The notes under the pieces: generated by a model
What the model saw: the letters and a program-made list of their open reading frames with translations, nothing else
Told to the model about the DNA's origin: nothing
Database searches by the model: none
From: Somniosus microcephalus
Lineage: Eukaryota
Direction of reading: 5' to 3'
Assembly: GCA_052327205.1 (NCBI GenBank)
Contig: CM126218.1
Coordinates: forward strand, 54,126,001 to 54,190,000
Length of the DNA stretch: 64,000 bases
Made by a program: the position numbers and the translations under genes
Part shown: piece by piece, positions 1 through 10,325 of the stretch
Numbering within the stretch: position 1 is the stretch's first letter
How the letters are laid out: each line of letters starts with the position of its first letter

Positions 1-1
1 C

Positions 2-2008
2 CAGCTGGACGTTAGCCAGCTCTTGTTCCAAATCCAGACATCTTTCCTGAAGAGACTTCTTCATGTGTACCTCTGCATCCAGCTTTTTCTGGGCTTTCAG
101 CAAGTCGTTTACTAGTGACCTCATTTGTGATTTTAATACTTCAACTTCCTTTGGAGATTGATTGATCGGACTATGCAATCCCTCTACCGGAGCAGCTGTT
201 TCAGCGGTCTGTTGTTCTACATTGACGTGAGTCAGCGTACTTTTGGCATCCAATGGCTGCTCTGTTGCAGTCGTTTCAGTCTGTGTCGTCACATCAGCCA
301 TCTCAATGACTTTTGAGAGCTCCAAACCTTTTTCCTTTGAAGATCGCAGCTCGTGTTCAAGTTTTTCCCATTTCAGAGTCTTGTCCCTCAGCATATGAAG
401 GAGTTGGCTGACCGTTAACTCTTCTGACACCAGATTATGGCACGCACCTTCAGAACCTGAATCAGCTTTGATTCGTTCGGCCTCCTCGCGCAGATGGTTG
501 GTGTGCTCCTGCTCCATTTTCTCCATCAGTTGCTTCTGTTGCCTTTCCAGATTCTCCCACTCTGTAACAAAGAACTTTTTTATTTCATTCATCTCTTGCT
601 CAAAACGGCGAATCATTTGTTCTAATTGCTGTTGTAGTTTGAAATGGAGTTGAGTTCGAGCCCAGTGTCCCTCAAGAATGTGCATATCAGTAGACTTGAC
701 AGACTCAGAATTCTCTGTTAAACTATGTTGTTGTTGCTCAGTGGAATTCTGTGCTGAAACTTTGTCTTTTGCACATGGGTTGGTCTTACCATCATCAGTT
801 CTAGAGTCTGGGCTGATTATCTGCACCGAGTTCTCACTCTTTATGGCTTTTAGCGAATGCCAGTCCATATTTATGTTTCTAAACCACTCCCGGCCTAGTA
901 GTGGTGGACCTCCCTCCGGTAGCACATATAAGTCCATTATTTGACTTCCTTCACCCTTGTTGGCCACTGCAACCTTTATTGTCCCGATGGGGTACACTCT
1001 CTGCCCCGTGTAGGTTGTCAATATAATCTCCGTATCCTGTAGGGGAATATGTTGGAATAACCTTCTGTAATCTTTCTTATTCATGACTGACAATGCCGAT
1101 CCAGTGTCCAATTCCATTTTTACTTGGACTCCTTCTATCTGAAGAGTAACCCAAATTGTCTGGAGGTCTGCACCCTTACCAATGTTGAGTACCCTTAAGC
1201 TAGCCAGTTCAATACTGCTTAAGCCAGCCAGTTCATTACTGCTAGCGTCTGAATCGGACTCCTGTTCGGCCACCTTGTGTACCTTTGCGTATTTTCCTTG
1301 CGGTGACTTCTTGTTGCTGGTCTTCTTCCCTGACCTGCATACTCTAGCTATGTGTCCAAGCCTACCACAAGTTCTACATTCTTGGTTTTTAAACCAACAC
1401 TGGTTCTGATCATGCGTTGTCTTTCCACAACGATAACATTTGCCAGAACTCACACCCAATTTGTGTGCACTGAGCTCCGGTGACTGTAGCTGCATTACTG
1501 CCGTGCCTCTCGCTGCGGCTTCATGTGCTGCTGCCATAGTGACCGCCTTCTCAAGCGTCAGCTCATTCTCCTCGAGCAGTTGCTTTTGTGTATCCTGTTT
1601 AAATAAACCACACACAAATTTGTCTCGTAGTGCATCTGTCAGTCCCGTTCCAAACTGGCAATATTTCGCTAATTTACGCAATTCCAGCAAATATTCAGCA
1701 TTGCTTTCATGCTGTAGCTGCCTTCTGTCGTAAAATTTAAATCGTTCCGCTAGCATCAGCGGCGTGGGGTTTAGATGATCTTTCAGGACAGTAACAATCT
1801 CATCGAACGTCTTATCCGCCGGTTCATCTGGTGATAACAGGTGTTTCAATTGCCCGTATGTCTTCGCACCCATTAAATTTAATAATGTTAGTGCTTTATC
1901 AGCCTCACGAATTTTATTGGCCTTACAATAATTTTTAACTCGTTCAACATATATGGCCCAATCTTCAATGTCACTATCAAAGTTGCTAATATTCCCGTGT
2001 TTAGGCAT
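2..2008 (-). CDS. Gypsy (Mag-like) Gag-protease polyprotein fused in frame to STK10/SLK-like and optineurin-like coiled-coil segments; 3' end runs off the window
   Basis: Hand translation of the - strand from ATG at 2008 (in-frame TAA upstream at 2018-2020) gives 669 codons with no stop. Sequence: [33 protein letters not shown]...[14 protein letters not shown]...[11 protein letters not shown]...; zinc knuckles [14 protein letters not shown] (1438-1397) and [14 protein letters not shown] (1378-1337); protease [12 protein letters not shown] (DTG at 1108-1100) and PPLLGREWF; then coiled-coil segments. It is absent from the ORF track, probably because no stop lies inside the window. Confidence 0.92.
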   Translation of the reverse strand, partial: MPKHGNISNFDSDIEDWAIYVERVKNYCKANKIREADKALTLLNLMGAKTYGQLKHLLSPDEPADKTFDEIVTVLKDHLNPTPLMLAERFKFYDRRQLQHESNAEYLLELRKLAKYCQFGTGLTDALRDKFVCGLFKQDTQKQLLEENELTLEKAVTMAAAHEAAARGTAVMQLQSPELSAHKLGVSSGKCYRCGKTTHDQNQCWFKNQECRTCGRLGHIARVCRSGKKTSNKKSPQGKYAKVHKVAEQESDSDASSNELAGLSSIELASLRVLNIGKGADLQTIWVTLQIEGVQVKMELDTGSALSVMNKKDYRRLFQHIPLQDTEIILTTYTGQRVYPIGTIKVAVANKGEGSQIMDLYVLPEGGPPLLGREWFRNINMDWHSLKAIKSENSVQIISPDSRTDDGKTNPCAKDKVSAQNSTEQQQHSLTENSESVKSTDMHILEGHWARTQLHFKLQQQLEQMIRRFEQEMNEIKKFFVTEWENLERQQKQLMEKMEQEHTNHLREEAERIKADSGSEGACHNLVSEELTVSQLLHMLRDKTLKWEKLEHELRSSKEKGLELSKVIEMADVTTQTETTATEQPLDAKSTLTHVNVEQQTAETAAPVEGLHSPINQSPKEVEVLKSQMRSLVNDLLKAQKKLDAEVHMKKSLQERCLDLEQELANVQL

Positions 2009-2568
2009 TGTAGTACTTTATCAGATTTGCAATTTCTCAGATTTTTTTTTGTTTCACTGCTATCCAAGATGGCGGCTTCCCGCTCTTGCCGTCGTCCTCC
2101 GCCCACAAAATGGCGGTTTTCCCGTGCTTGGCGGTCTTCACCCGTCCCCCGACGCCATCTCCCTTCAGCCCCGAGTGCGGCCCTTATCTCCGCCGCGATC
2201 GATGGCCCGCGCTTTTCACCGCGGCTCTCGCGCCTTCAGTGTCTGCCGACGCTGCGCCTTTCAGCCCGAGTGCGGCCCTTATCAGGGATTGCGATCGATG
2301 GCCCTTATCTCCCGATCGCGATCGCCCTTGTACCTCCGACTTCCCCCAGCCCTGTCTTTGCAGCCAACGCTGCTCGGCTTACCCACCACCGAGGTTGAAA
2401 AAGAAGCTGCAGGATGTCTTCTGTCCTCCAGTTTTCAGTCGCTGATGGAGGCTTCAGGGTCCTAATGCCTGTCGCTTCCAGTGGGGTGGTGCGGTTTGAA
2501 ACCTCTCTTCAACGTCCTGTCTGTGGACGAAGCCGCCGTGGAATAACTGCCGCAGGGTAAGAACCTGA

Positions 2569-2578
2569 CTCATCGCCA
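2569..2578 (-). promoter_or_regulatory. Primer binding site, tRNA-Ser(GCT)-type
   Basis: TGGCGATGAG sits 1 nt after the LTR-terminal CA. It matches the TGGCGACGAG PBS typical of Mag-clade elements with one wobble position. Confidence 0.75.
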
Positions 2579-2579
2579 G

Positions 2580-2815
2580 TGTTAAGTCTGTGAATTATTT
2601 AGTTAATTAAGACACAGACTAATGAGTAACAATAAAAACAGGTCTTTACTGGTTGGAGGTAGGGACTATACTGAATACAAGATTACTGCACAGTGCTTAT
2701 ATACCGGTGTGTTCACCCCCGGTATTACGTCTACAGCAGCCTGAGAAAGTAGTACATCTCTTAAGGTGGAACAGGCTTAAGCTCTCTTAAGGTGGAACAG
2801 GTTACATACACAACA
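2580..2815 (-). repeat. 5' LTR (~236 bp)
   Basis: On the - strand it begins TGTTG and ends TTAACA, directly followed by the PBS. It contains TATATAAG and a duplicated ctcttaaggtggaacagg. The partner LTR is outside the window, so the outer boundary is inferred. Confidence 0.75.
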
Positions 2816-3689
2816 GTCATAACTATTTGTTGTGTAGAAAAGCCCACTCTGCTTTTGTGCGGGTGGTGATTGCCGGCACAAGTGTCGTTTTCTCATCCCT
2901 TCCTCACGCTACCTGGTATAAGGAAATAGAAGGACTTGAAAAATTGGGTATTTTTTTCGTTAGAAGGCGGCAGATTACGGGGCGATATGATAGTATTTAC
3001 ATTTAGGAAGAGCGGGTCTGGTGGCAAGAGGGTTGATTAAAAGCTGAATTCATGTTGTATGTTTGTAGTAATTCTGATGAGTTTTAAATTGACCTTCATG
3101 GATACAGTGTTTAGAATCCAGGCACGTATAGACTTTGTGTATTGATAGCCCGAGTTCACTGCTTGGGTGCTTTATCATAAAAGCGATGTCACACTTAAAG
3201 GTAGATTCTGTTTTTACTGATCTTATCACTCTTTTCATTAATATTTGAAATCTAGGACATCTTTGATATCTATGCAAAGTAAAATATTTCAGAGGATTGA
3301 CAATATCTCAAATCCTTAAATTATACTGCGGGAGTGAAAGACCTTGCTCATTCTACCATATTGGAGTGGGAATTAGGGGCGATTTTACTTTGCATAAATC
3401 ACTTACAAAAATTAAAATGAATCGTTTCAATTAGCATTTCAAAAATGCTGGTGAAAAATCTATCCCAACTGATTGCTTTTTTTATGCATATATCATCATA
3501 GCATTGGCGCTTTCTGTTTAATAGTGGTGTGTCTCTTTAATAGTGATGTCTGCACACACCTCAACTGAAATATCAGCAAACAAGCTGTTATCTGTTAATG
3601 ACTCTGGAAATCTGACTAAAACTTGCCCGCATAACTATGAAATCCTTGTTATATCCACTTATTAGCACTCAAGAATGTCAGTAAAAAGT

Positions 3690-3910
3690 GAATTGTTAAA
3701 GGTGAGGTGGGACCCCAGGGATTGTCAATTTATAGATGATCAAAAAATTGCAGAGGTATTTAATAAGTACTTCACGCTGGTCATTACTAAAGAGAAGAAT
3801 ATTGGAAAGGAGGTGTATTCTGTAGTGGTTGAGAGTGAGATGAACAATATTATGATGGATAAAAGGCTAAAGCAAGACAAAGCAACAAAGCCCAACAACA
3901 TACATCCAAG
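3690..3910 (+). mobile_element. Degenerate CR1 LINE ORF2 remnant
   Basis: Translation AEVFNKYFTLVITKE...LKQDKATKPNNIHPR resembles the CR1 AEVLNxYFxSVFTxE...LKxDKSPGPDGIHPR motifs. Confidence 0.6.
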
Positions 3911-3994
3911 GAGTACAGGTTCACAGGACATTAAAGGCACCACCTTGGGTTGATCAGGCTGTAATAACAAAAGCTAATGGAATTCTTACATTGA

Positions 3995-6330
3995 GTCTAC
4001 AGCACAGAAACAGACCATTCGGCCCAACTGGTCTGTGCCGGTGTTTGTGCTCCACTCGAGCCTCCTCTCACCCCTCTTCATCTAACCCCATCAACATAAC
4101 CTTCTATTCCTTTCTCCTCATGTGTTTAACTAGCTTCCCCTTAAATGCATCTATACTATTTGCCTCAACTACTCCTTGTGGTAGCAATTTCCACATTCTC
4201 ATCACTCTCTGGGTAAAGTAGCTTCACCTGAATTACCTTTTGGATTTATTAGTGACTATCTTATATTTATGACCTCTAGTTCTGGTCTTGCCTGCAAGTG
4301 GAAACACCTTCTCTATGTCTACCTGATCAACCCTTTTATAATCTTAAAGACCACTATCAGGTCACCCCTCAGCCTTCCCTTTTCTAGGGAAAAGATCCCC
4401 AGCCTGTTCAATCTTTCCTGATAGGTATAACCTCTCATTTCTGGTATCATTCTAGTAAATCTTTTGTGCACCATTTTCAGTGTCTCTATATCCTTTTTAT
4501 AATATGAAGACCAAGGGGGAAAAATTGGGTTGGTTTGTGCCTCGCGTTAGCTCCCTCGGGGGGCGCAAACGGGGCGCAAAGCCCCCAGCGCCTGGGCACG
4601 GCACCGCTAACGCCTCCCATGAAATTCAGCGGGAGGTTAGTGGCGGTGGTAGCGCCTCTGGTGATGATGTCATCGCCGTGTGCAGCGCCCTGCTCGTGTC
4701 CCGACCGCAAACTTCGGTCGCGCCCCCGGACTTATCGCCGGACAATATGTCCGACAGGGTCAGGGTGGTGTTTTTGTGGCTGCGGCAGCGCAAATTAAAG
4801 GGCAGGTGCCGGGCAGCCATTTTTTTTTGGCCGCCTGCCAGCACCTACCCCCTTCTGCTTCTTCATGCGGGGTGCCGGCCGCGATTGGTCAGCCCGGCAC
4901 TCCCCTTGAGTGTCGGGCTGTTTTCCCAACACCTCGCTCTCTGGTGGTCCAGCAGGGCCCTGGTGTGTGCTGCGCTAGGCCCCTTCCCTTTAATCAGGGG
5001 AGGGAGGCCTGTAATACCGCAGAGTTACGTGCTGACGTGCGTGGCGCTGTTGCGCGTAACGCCGTGATAATGAATGGTAGCGCCCCTGGAAGGAGGGGGA
5101 GCGCTTCCAGTAGCGCCCAGCCTCCTGCTTGAGGCGCTACCACTCAATTTACGGAGCAGAAGTGCTAACCTTTTCGGGGCACTAAAAGTAGCGCCCTGGT
5201 GAAGTTAGCGCCCCAAAGGGGGCGCGACCGAATTTTTCACCCCAAAACTGTTCACAGTACTCCCAAATGTGGTTTAACGAAGGTTCTATACAAGTTTAAC
5301 ATAACTTCTCTGCTTTTTAATTCTATCCCTCTAGAAATGCTTTGTTTGTTTTTTATGGCCTTAACCTGCATCGCTACTTTTAATGATTTGTATATCTGTA
5401 CCCCCAGATTCCTCTGCTCCTCTACCCCATTTAGACACTTATTTTTCCAAGGTGTCTGTGGCCTCTTCATTCTTCCTATTTAAATGCACCACTTCACACT
5501 TATCTATATTGAAATTAATTTGCCAATTACACGCACATTCTGCAACTTTATTAATGTCTTCCTGTATTTTTTGCATTCTTCCTTTGTATTAACTACACCT
5601 TCCAATTTGGCATCGTCGGCAAATTTAGAAATTGTACTTCAGATTCCCAAGTTCAAATCGTTAATGTAAATTGTGAACAACTGTGGTCCCAGCACCAATC
5701 CTTGTGGAAAACCACTTCCCACCTTTTGCTAGTCTGAGTAACTACCTTTTACCCCTGCTCTCTGTTTTCTATTTTGTAGCCAGCTTGCTATCCATTCTGC
5801 TACTTGTCCCCTGACTCCACATGCTCTGACCTTAGTCATGAGTCTACTATGTTATCCTCTCCTTTATTGTCCATCTACCTAGTGTATGCCTTTTTCTTTA
5901 GTTTCAATTTTACTTTTATCTCTTTATTCATCCATGGTGTTTCATTATTGGCTAGTTTGTTCTTGTTTTTTAGTGGAATATATTTCTCTTGAACTGTATT
6001 GATCACTGTTTTAAATATTTCCCACTGCTGTTCTGTCTCTTCGCCTGCCAATTTTTTTTCCAGTTTATCTTCCCTAGTTCCATTCTCATCCCCTCAAAAT
6101 TAGCTTTTTTTCAATCTATTACTTTGGACTTTGTCTTACTTATGTCTTTCTCAATCTTATTTTGAACCTTATTATGTTATGCTTGCTATTGCCTAGTTGT
6201 TCCCCTACTTCTCTTATCTACTCTGGTTCCTTTCCCATTACTAGATCCAGCAGTGATTCCTCTCTTGTTGGGTTATTATGTACCGGGTAAGAAAGTAGTC
6301 CTGAACATACTGCAAAAACTCCATTGCCTT
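3995..6330 (-). mobile_element. CR1 LINE, fragmented and interrupted by a MITE at 4515-5243
   Basis: CR1 3' tail at ~3995; RT C-terminal remnant RGIELKSREVMLNLYRTFVKPHL (5252-5470); endonuclease-side motif PTREESLLDLVMG near 6230-6280. Confidence 0.8.
4515..5243. mobile_element. GC-rich non-autonomous DNA transposon (PIF/Harbinger-like MITE)
   Basis: Terminal inverted repeats GGGGGAAAAATT...AATTTTTCACCCC. CR1 sequence resumes on both sides. A related copy lies in opposite orientation at 62002-62668. Confidence 0.8.
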
Positions 6331-7767
6331 TCCCCCTTTCCCAACCTCCTCTTGCCAGTTTATTTGGGGGTAGTTGAAATCGCCCATGATTATTATTAAA
6401 TTTTTTTAAACTCTGTCGGTGAATGTGATTAGGGACTATTTGCTTGTTTGGTGGGTAAATGTCAACGTGGACTGGTTGGGCCGAATGGCCTGTTTTCATG
6501 TTGTAGCTTCTATGTAGTTCTATGTACGTTACAAGCACTGTAGAATCACATTTTCTTTGTGCTAAGACCACAGTATTGCCCAGGGCTTTACGATCACGGT
6601 GCGGAGGAGATAGAACAATGATCTTAATGAGTGGTACTGACCTTCAGCTTTTTTACTTCTATTAAATGTGGTAAAGGATGGTAGGATGGCACAGCATAAT
6701 CGAGCTCCAGCATTGAGGTTTCTGCCCACGATCACCTCTAGGTTGAGTTCCTAATCTTAGCTGTGCTTCCTGGGGAGGTGTTGGGCAGAGATACTTCCTC
6801 ATTGTGAGTGGGAAAATTATAAACTGGAATTACAACAGGTCATGTACTTCCCTGCAGCTGATTTCAGAGCAGCAGTGGCAGAGGCCAAGCAGAAGATTAA
6901 CTGCCCAATCCCCGTTGGTGATACCTGGCACAGGTACACTCGAGAAAAAGGAAAGAGAGAAAACATCTCAAAAAAGAAGTTGCATTCTCAAAACACACAC
7001 ATACACAAAGAAAAAAAGAAATGGCATGTACTGATTGAAGTAGTTAACAATATCTCGTGTGGCGTCCATTGTCCATTTGAATAAAACTATCTGCGTACCA
7101 GGAAGTATAGCTCACATTTGATATTTATGTTGCTTTTTTGAATTTTCTTTCCCCTGTCCTGACTCATGGTGATATATGATGTATTGACATCAGAGTTCTC
7201 CAGCATCTCACGCAACTGAGCTTTCTTCATGTGGGAGCCTAGACAGTAAGTGCTGGCAGCCTATTCAATCGTGGCAGGCATCACAGGCAAACTCGATCAT
7301 TGTCCCACCTGCATGTCCCAGCAGGGATTACTGCATAACCCAGCATTGATTTTGTCACTCCGGCTGTCCTTGAAGGAATTTTGTTTAAATTAATTGTAGT
7401 GCCACATAGTATGGTGTGACAGTCCTAATTCTTCGGCTCTCTCGTATTAATATTCATGAAGTGCAGACTAGTTGGAACAGATTTACCCTTCATCAGTGTA
7501 ATTCAATGAACACAATGAAAATGAAAGGGATGTGATACAGTCCGTGATACTTTATAGTGCTTGAATACTTGAATGATGTATGTCTTCTTCCAGATGAGCA
7601 GCAATCTTTGGAATTTGAGTTGTTTTGTTCACTTGTGCCTGATTAATATGTTTTAATTGAATTATTTCTATAGATATTCTAACCTGTTGCTGTTTCTATG
7701 TGCATCTGTGTGTGTGTCTTGTATTCCTGTCTGTCTATATGTGCCTGTCACTTTACCGTTACAATAG

Positions 7768-7836
7768 GAACTCGGTCTTGTTATCACAGGAACACTGCCA
7801 GTCTTCAACCTGACTAAAGATGCTAGTGGAAACCAG
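7768..7836 (+). CDS. CACNA2D1: alpha2delta-1 exon: ELGLVITGTLPVFNLTKDASGNQ
   Basis: ag|GAA...CAG|gtatgt, 69 nt, phase 0/0; matches alpha2delta-1 ELGLVITGTLPVFNIT. Confidence 0.93.
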
Positions 7837-9407
7837 GTATGTTGTCTAGCAGGAGAGTTTAGTACAGGCTGTCATTATTCTATATACAGATATTGTACTT
7901 ACTGTGTATGAACTTTCAATTGAGTCTCCTTCTAAAATACTTGTAGGAACGACACCATATCAAAGCTATAGTACTCTGCTGCAAATAATATTTAGCACTG
8001 CACTGAGATAGCAATTCCATGAAAAAGAATAGGAATTCTCACAAACATTCAGAGCAGATTTCTTCTGTTTGCTATTTGTAGCAAAAATCTTAAACATGTG
8101 TGTTGATCAGTACTTCTTGAAGGACCAGCTTGGAACCAACACAGAGTCTTAATATTACAGATTTTATTATAGGAAATGATACTCACAGACAACATGCACG
8201 ATAATGCAAGGGCTGCGGGAGACCTTGTGTTACAGTTGCTGAGTTCGGTCGCAGGGTGATTTGCCCTCTGGGTCTTCCCTAACTTCCTTACAATGGTCTC
8301 GCTTTTTACCCTCAGCTAAAAAGCCATCACATCTTACCTATGGCCTTCAGAGACAAAATGTCATGTCCGTGCCGTTCCCTTTGTAAGGGGACTCTTTATA
8401 AATATATATTTTTTTCAATTCGCATCCTCCTCATGTTACATCATGACTTGACTGAGAGTCAGGACGCAGGAATGTTGTCCTTCTAAACGCCACACCCCAG
8501 CAACCCCCGCCCCGTGGCCCCACTCCCTGGCATTGATGGAGCATCCGTGTACTGGCAGAGTATGCGGCCATTCCAGCTGATTCCTACTGGAGTAACAGTG
8601 AGACGCTACCAGAATGGCTTCAGATTTTCAGGGCTTATGTATCCAATCTGTGCGGTATTTAATCAGGGTGGGGGCACTTCACTCTTGGAGCAATTATAAT
8701 GCCGCGCATCATCCAGATGCACGTCTAGGTCCCTGGGCCACCAATAAGATAATCGGTTCAACCAATGTTTATACATCGGTGCTCTGATTGGCTGAAAAAC
8801 TGTCTTATGAAGTTGTTTCATCAGCTAATTGATGGTGGAAGTTGGGAGGCAGGGCAAAAAAAAGGCCATGGAAGAGCTGTAAGTGAGATATTTAAGTGAA
8901 AAGAGCTTGGAAAAGGTTAGAGTAGGTTATATTAATTAGAAATTGAGCAAAAATAATGCTAACATAAAATAGAATGGAAAGAGAATGGGGAAGTAGAATG
9001 CAGAGAGTAACAACAACTTGCATTTATATAGCGCCTTTAACGTGGTAAAATGTCCCAAGGCACTTAAATAGGACAAGAAAAATTGAAGTATAAATGTTTT
9101 ATTTTTATTTTGGTTTTTATGGGATAATATGACAGTAATAAAGCTCCTCCTGATATCAGTATAACAGTGCGGCACCAGAAAGGTTTTAGTAAAAGTCAGT
9201 CTACAATTCCCAACACCTGCCACACTCTACTGGTTTAACGCTGACACCTGGTGAAAAAGCACTGCCCGGCTCCACCTCACTCAGTACAAAAGTTGCCCAA
9301 TAGTTTGATACAAAGATAAGTTTAAGATGGAAAGAAAATATAATGGGGGAATAAAACGTACATTTTTGAAAGATATTGATCATTATTTTGTTTATTTTAC
9401 TTCTCAG

Positions 9408-9482
9408 AACCAATTGATTCTTGGAGTGATGGGCATTGATGTGTCTCTTGCGGATGTAAAGAGACTCACACCTCGTTACACT
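9408..9482 (+). CDS. CACNA2D1: alpha2delta-1 exon: [25 protein letters not shown]
   Basis: ctcag|AAC...ACT|gtaagt, 75 nt, phase 0/0; matches [25 protein letters not shown]. Confidence 0.95.
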
Positions 9483-10181
9483 GTAAGTATAGCTCAGAAA
9501 TCCTATATGCTCATTTATTTTCACTTTGTGTACACCATTCAGCCCTACTTCTGAATTACAATATGCAGTTTTCCACGCGGCATATTGTAGAGTTTTCTCC
9601 CTATGTCCATTATCCTGCGCACTCTATCTTGTGTGTGTTATCTGTACTCTTCAGCTCTATATACAGGTTAATGTTGTCTGAAGTTTGCAATGTCCAACAG
9701 GTTATGTGGTTGATGCTCATGAAGAAAATATCACTGCTTTTTCTTCAACGTTGGTTTACATCATTAAATTGCTTAATTAACAAATGAAATTGTAAGTTAA
9801 CACAAAAATTAAAGTAGACTTAAGTTGAAAATTATACAAGGCGTTTAATGGATTTACTGCTGAGATTCAGTGTTGGCTCCCCTCAGATTTTGAATGTGTT
9901 CTGATTACTTTGCCTTTAATATGTAATTGTACATAGTTACAGTTATGAAATGATAGCATAAAAATGATCTAATCTCTAAGGAGTGCAGCTGTAACCTTTT
10001 GAAAATGTAAAATTGTTCAATGTTTATATTTTAGAAAATCATAAATTAATGTTACCACAGTCTGAATGAAATGGAGACCATACACGTTATATTGAATATT
10101 ATTGAAGTAATTTAAATGTTTTCTTTTATTTTGGATGTAAACTATATTGTTGCATTATTAAAGTCCTTTTTTGTATTATAA

Positions 10182-10325
<144 letters not shown>

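Larger units (their letters stand above)
1..2815 (-). mobile_element. Ty3/Gypsy LTR retrotransposon (Mag-like), 5' portion, probably intronic and antisense to the host gene
   Basis: LTR, PBS, GC-rich leader and Gag/protease ORF lie in canonical order on the - strand. The preceding host exon is not in the window. Confidence 0.9.

Noticed and set aside
468-2465. Several + strand ORFs of 60-170 aa in the ORF track
   Set aside because: They are antisense shadows of the - strand Gag-protease ORF and of the GC-rich leader.
4480-5132. Overlapping 150-195 aa ORFs (and counterparts at 62059-62614)
   Set aside because: They lie in a GC-rich MITE with few stop codons, show no transposase motifs, and their frames are not maintained between the two copies.
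8100-8780. Possible solo LTR
   Set aside because: The composition is LTR-like, but I could not define matching termini or a TSD.
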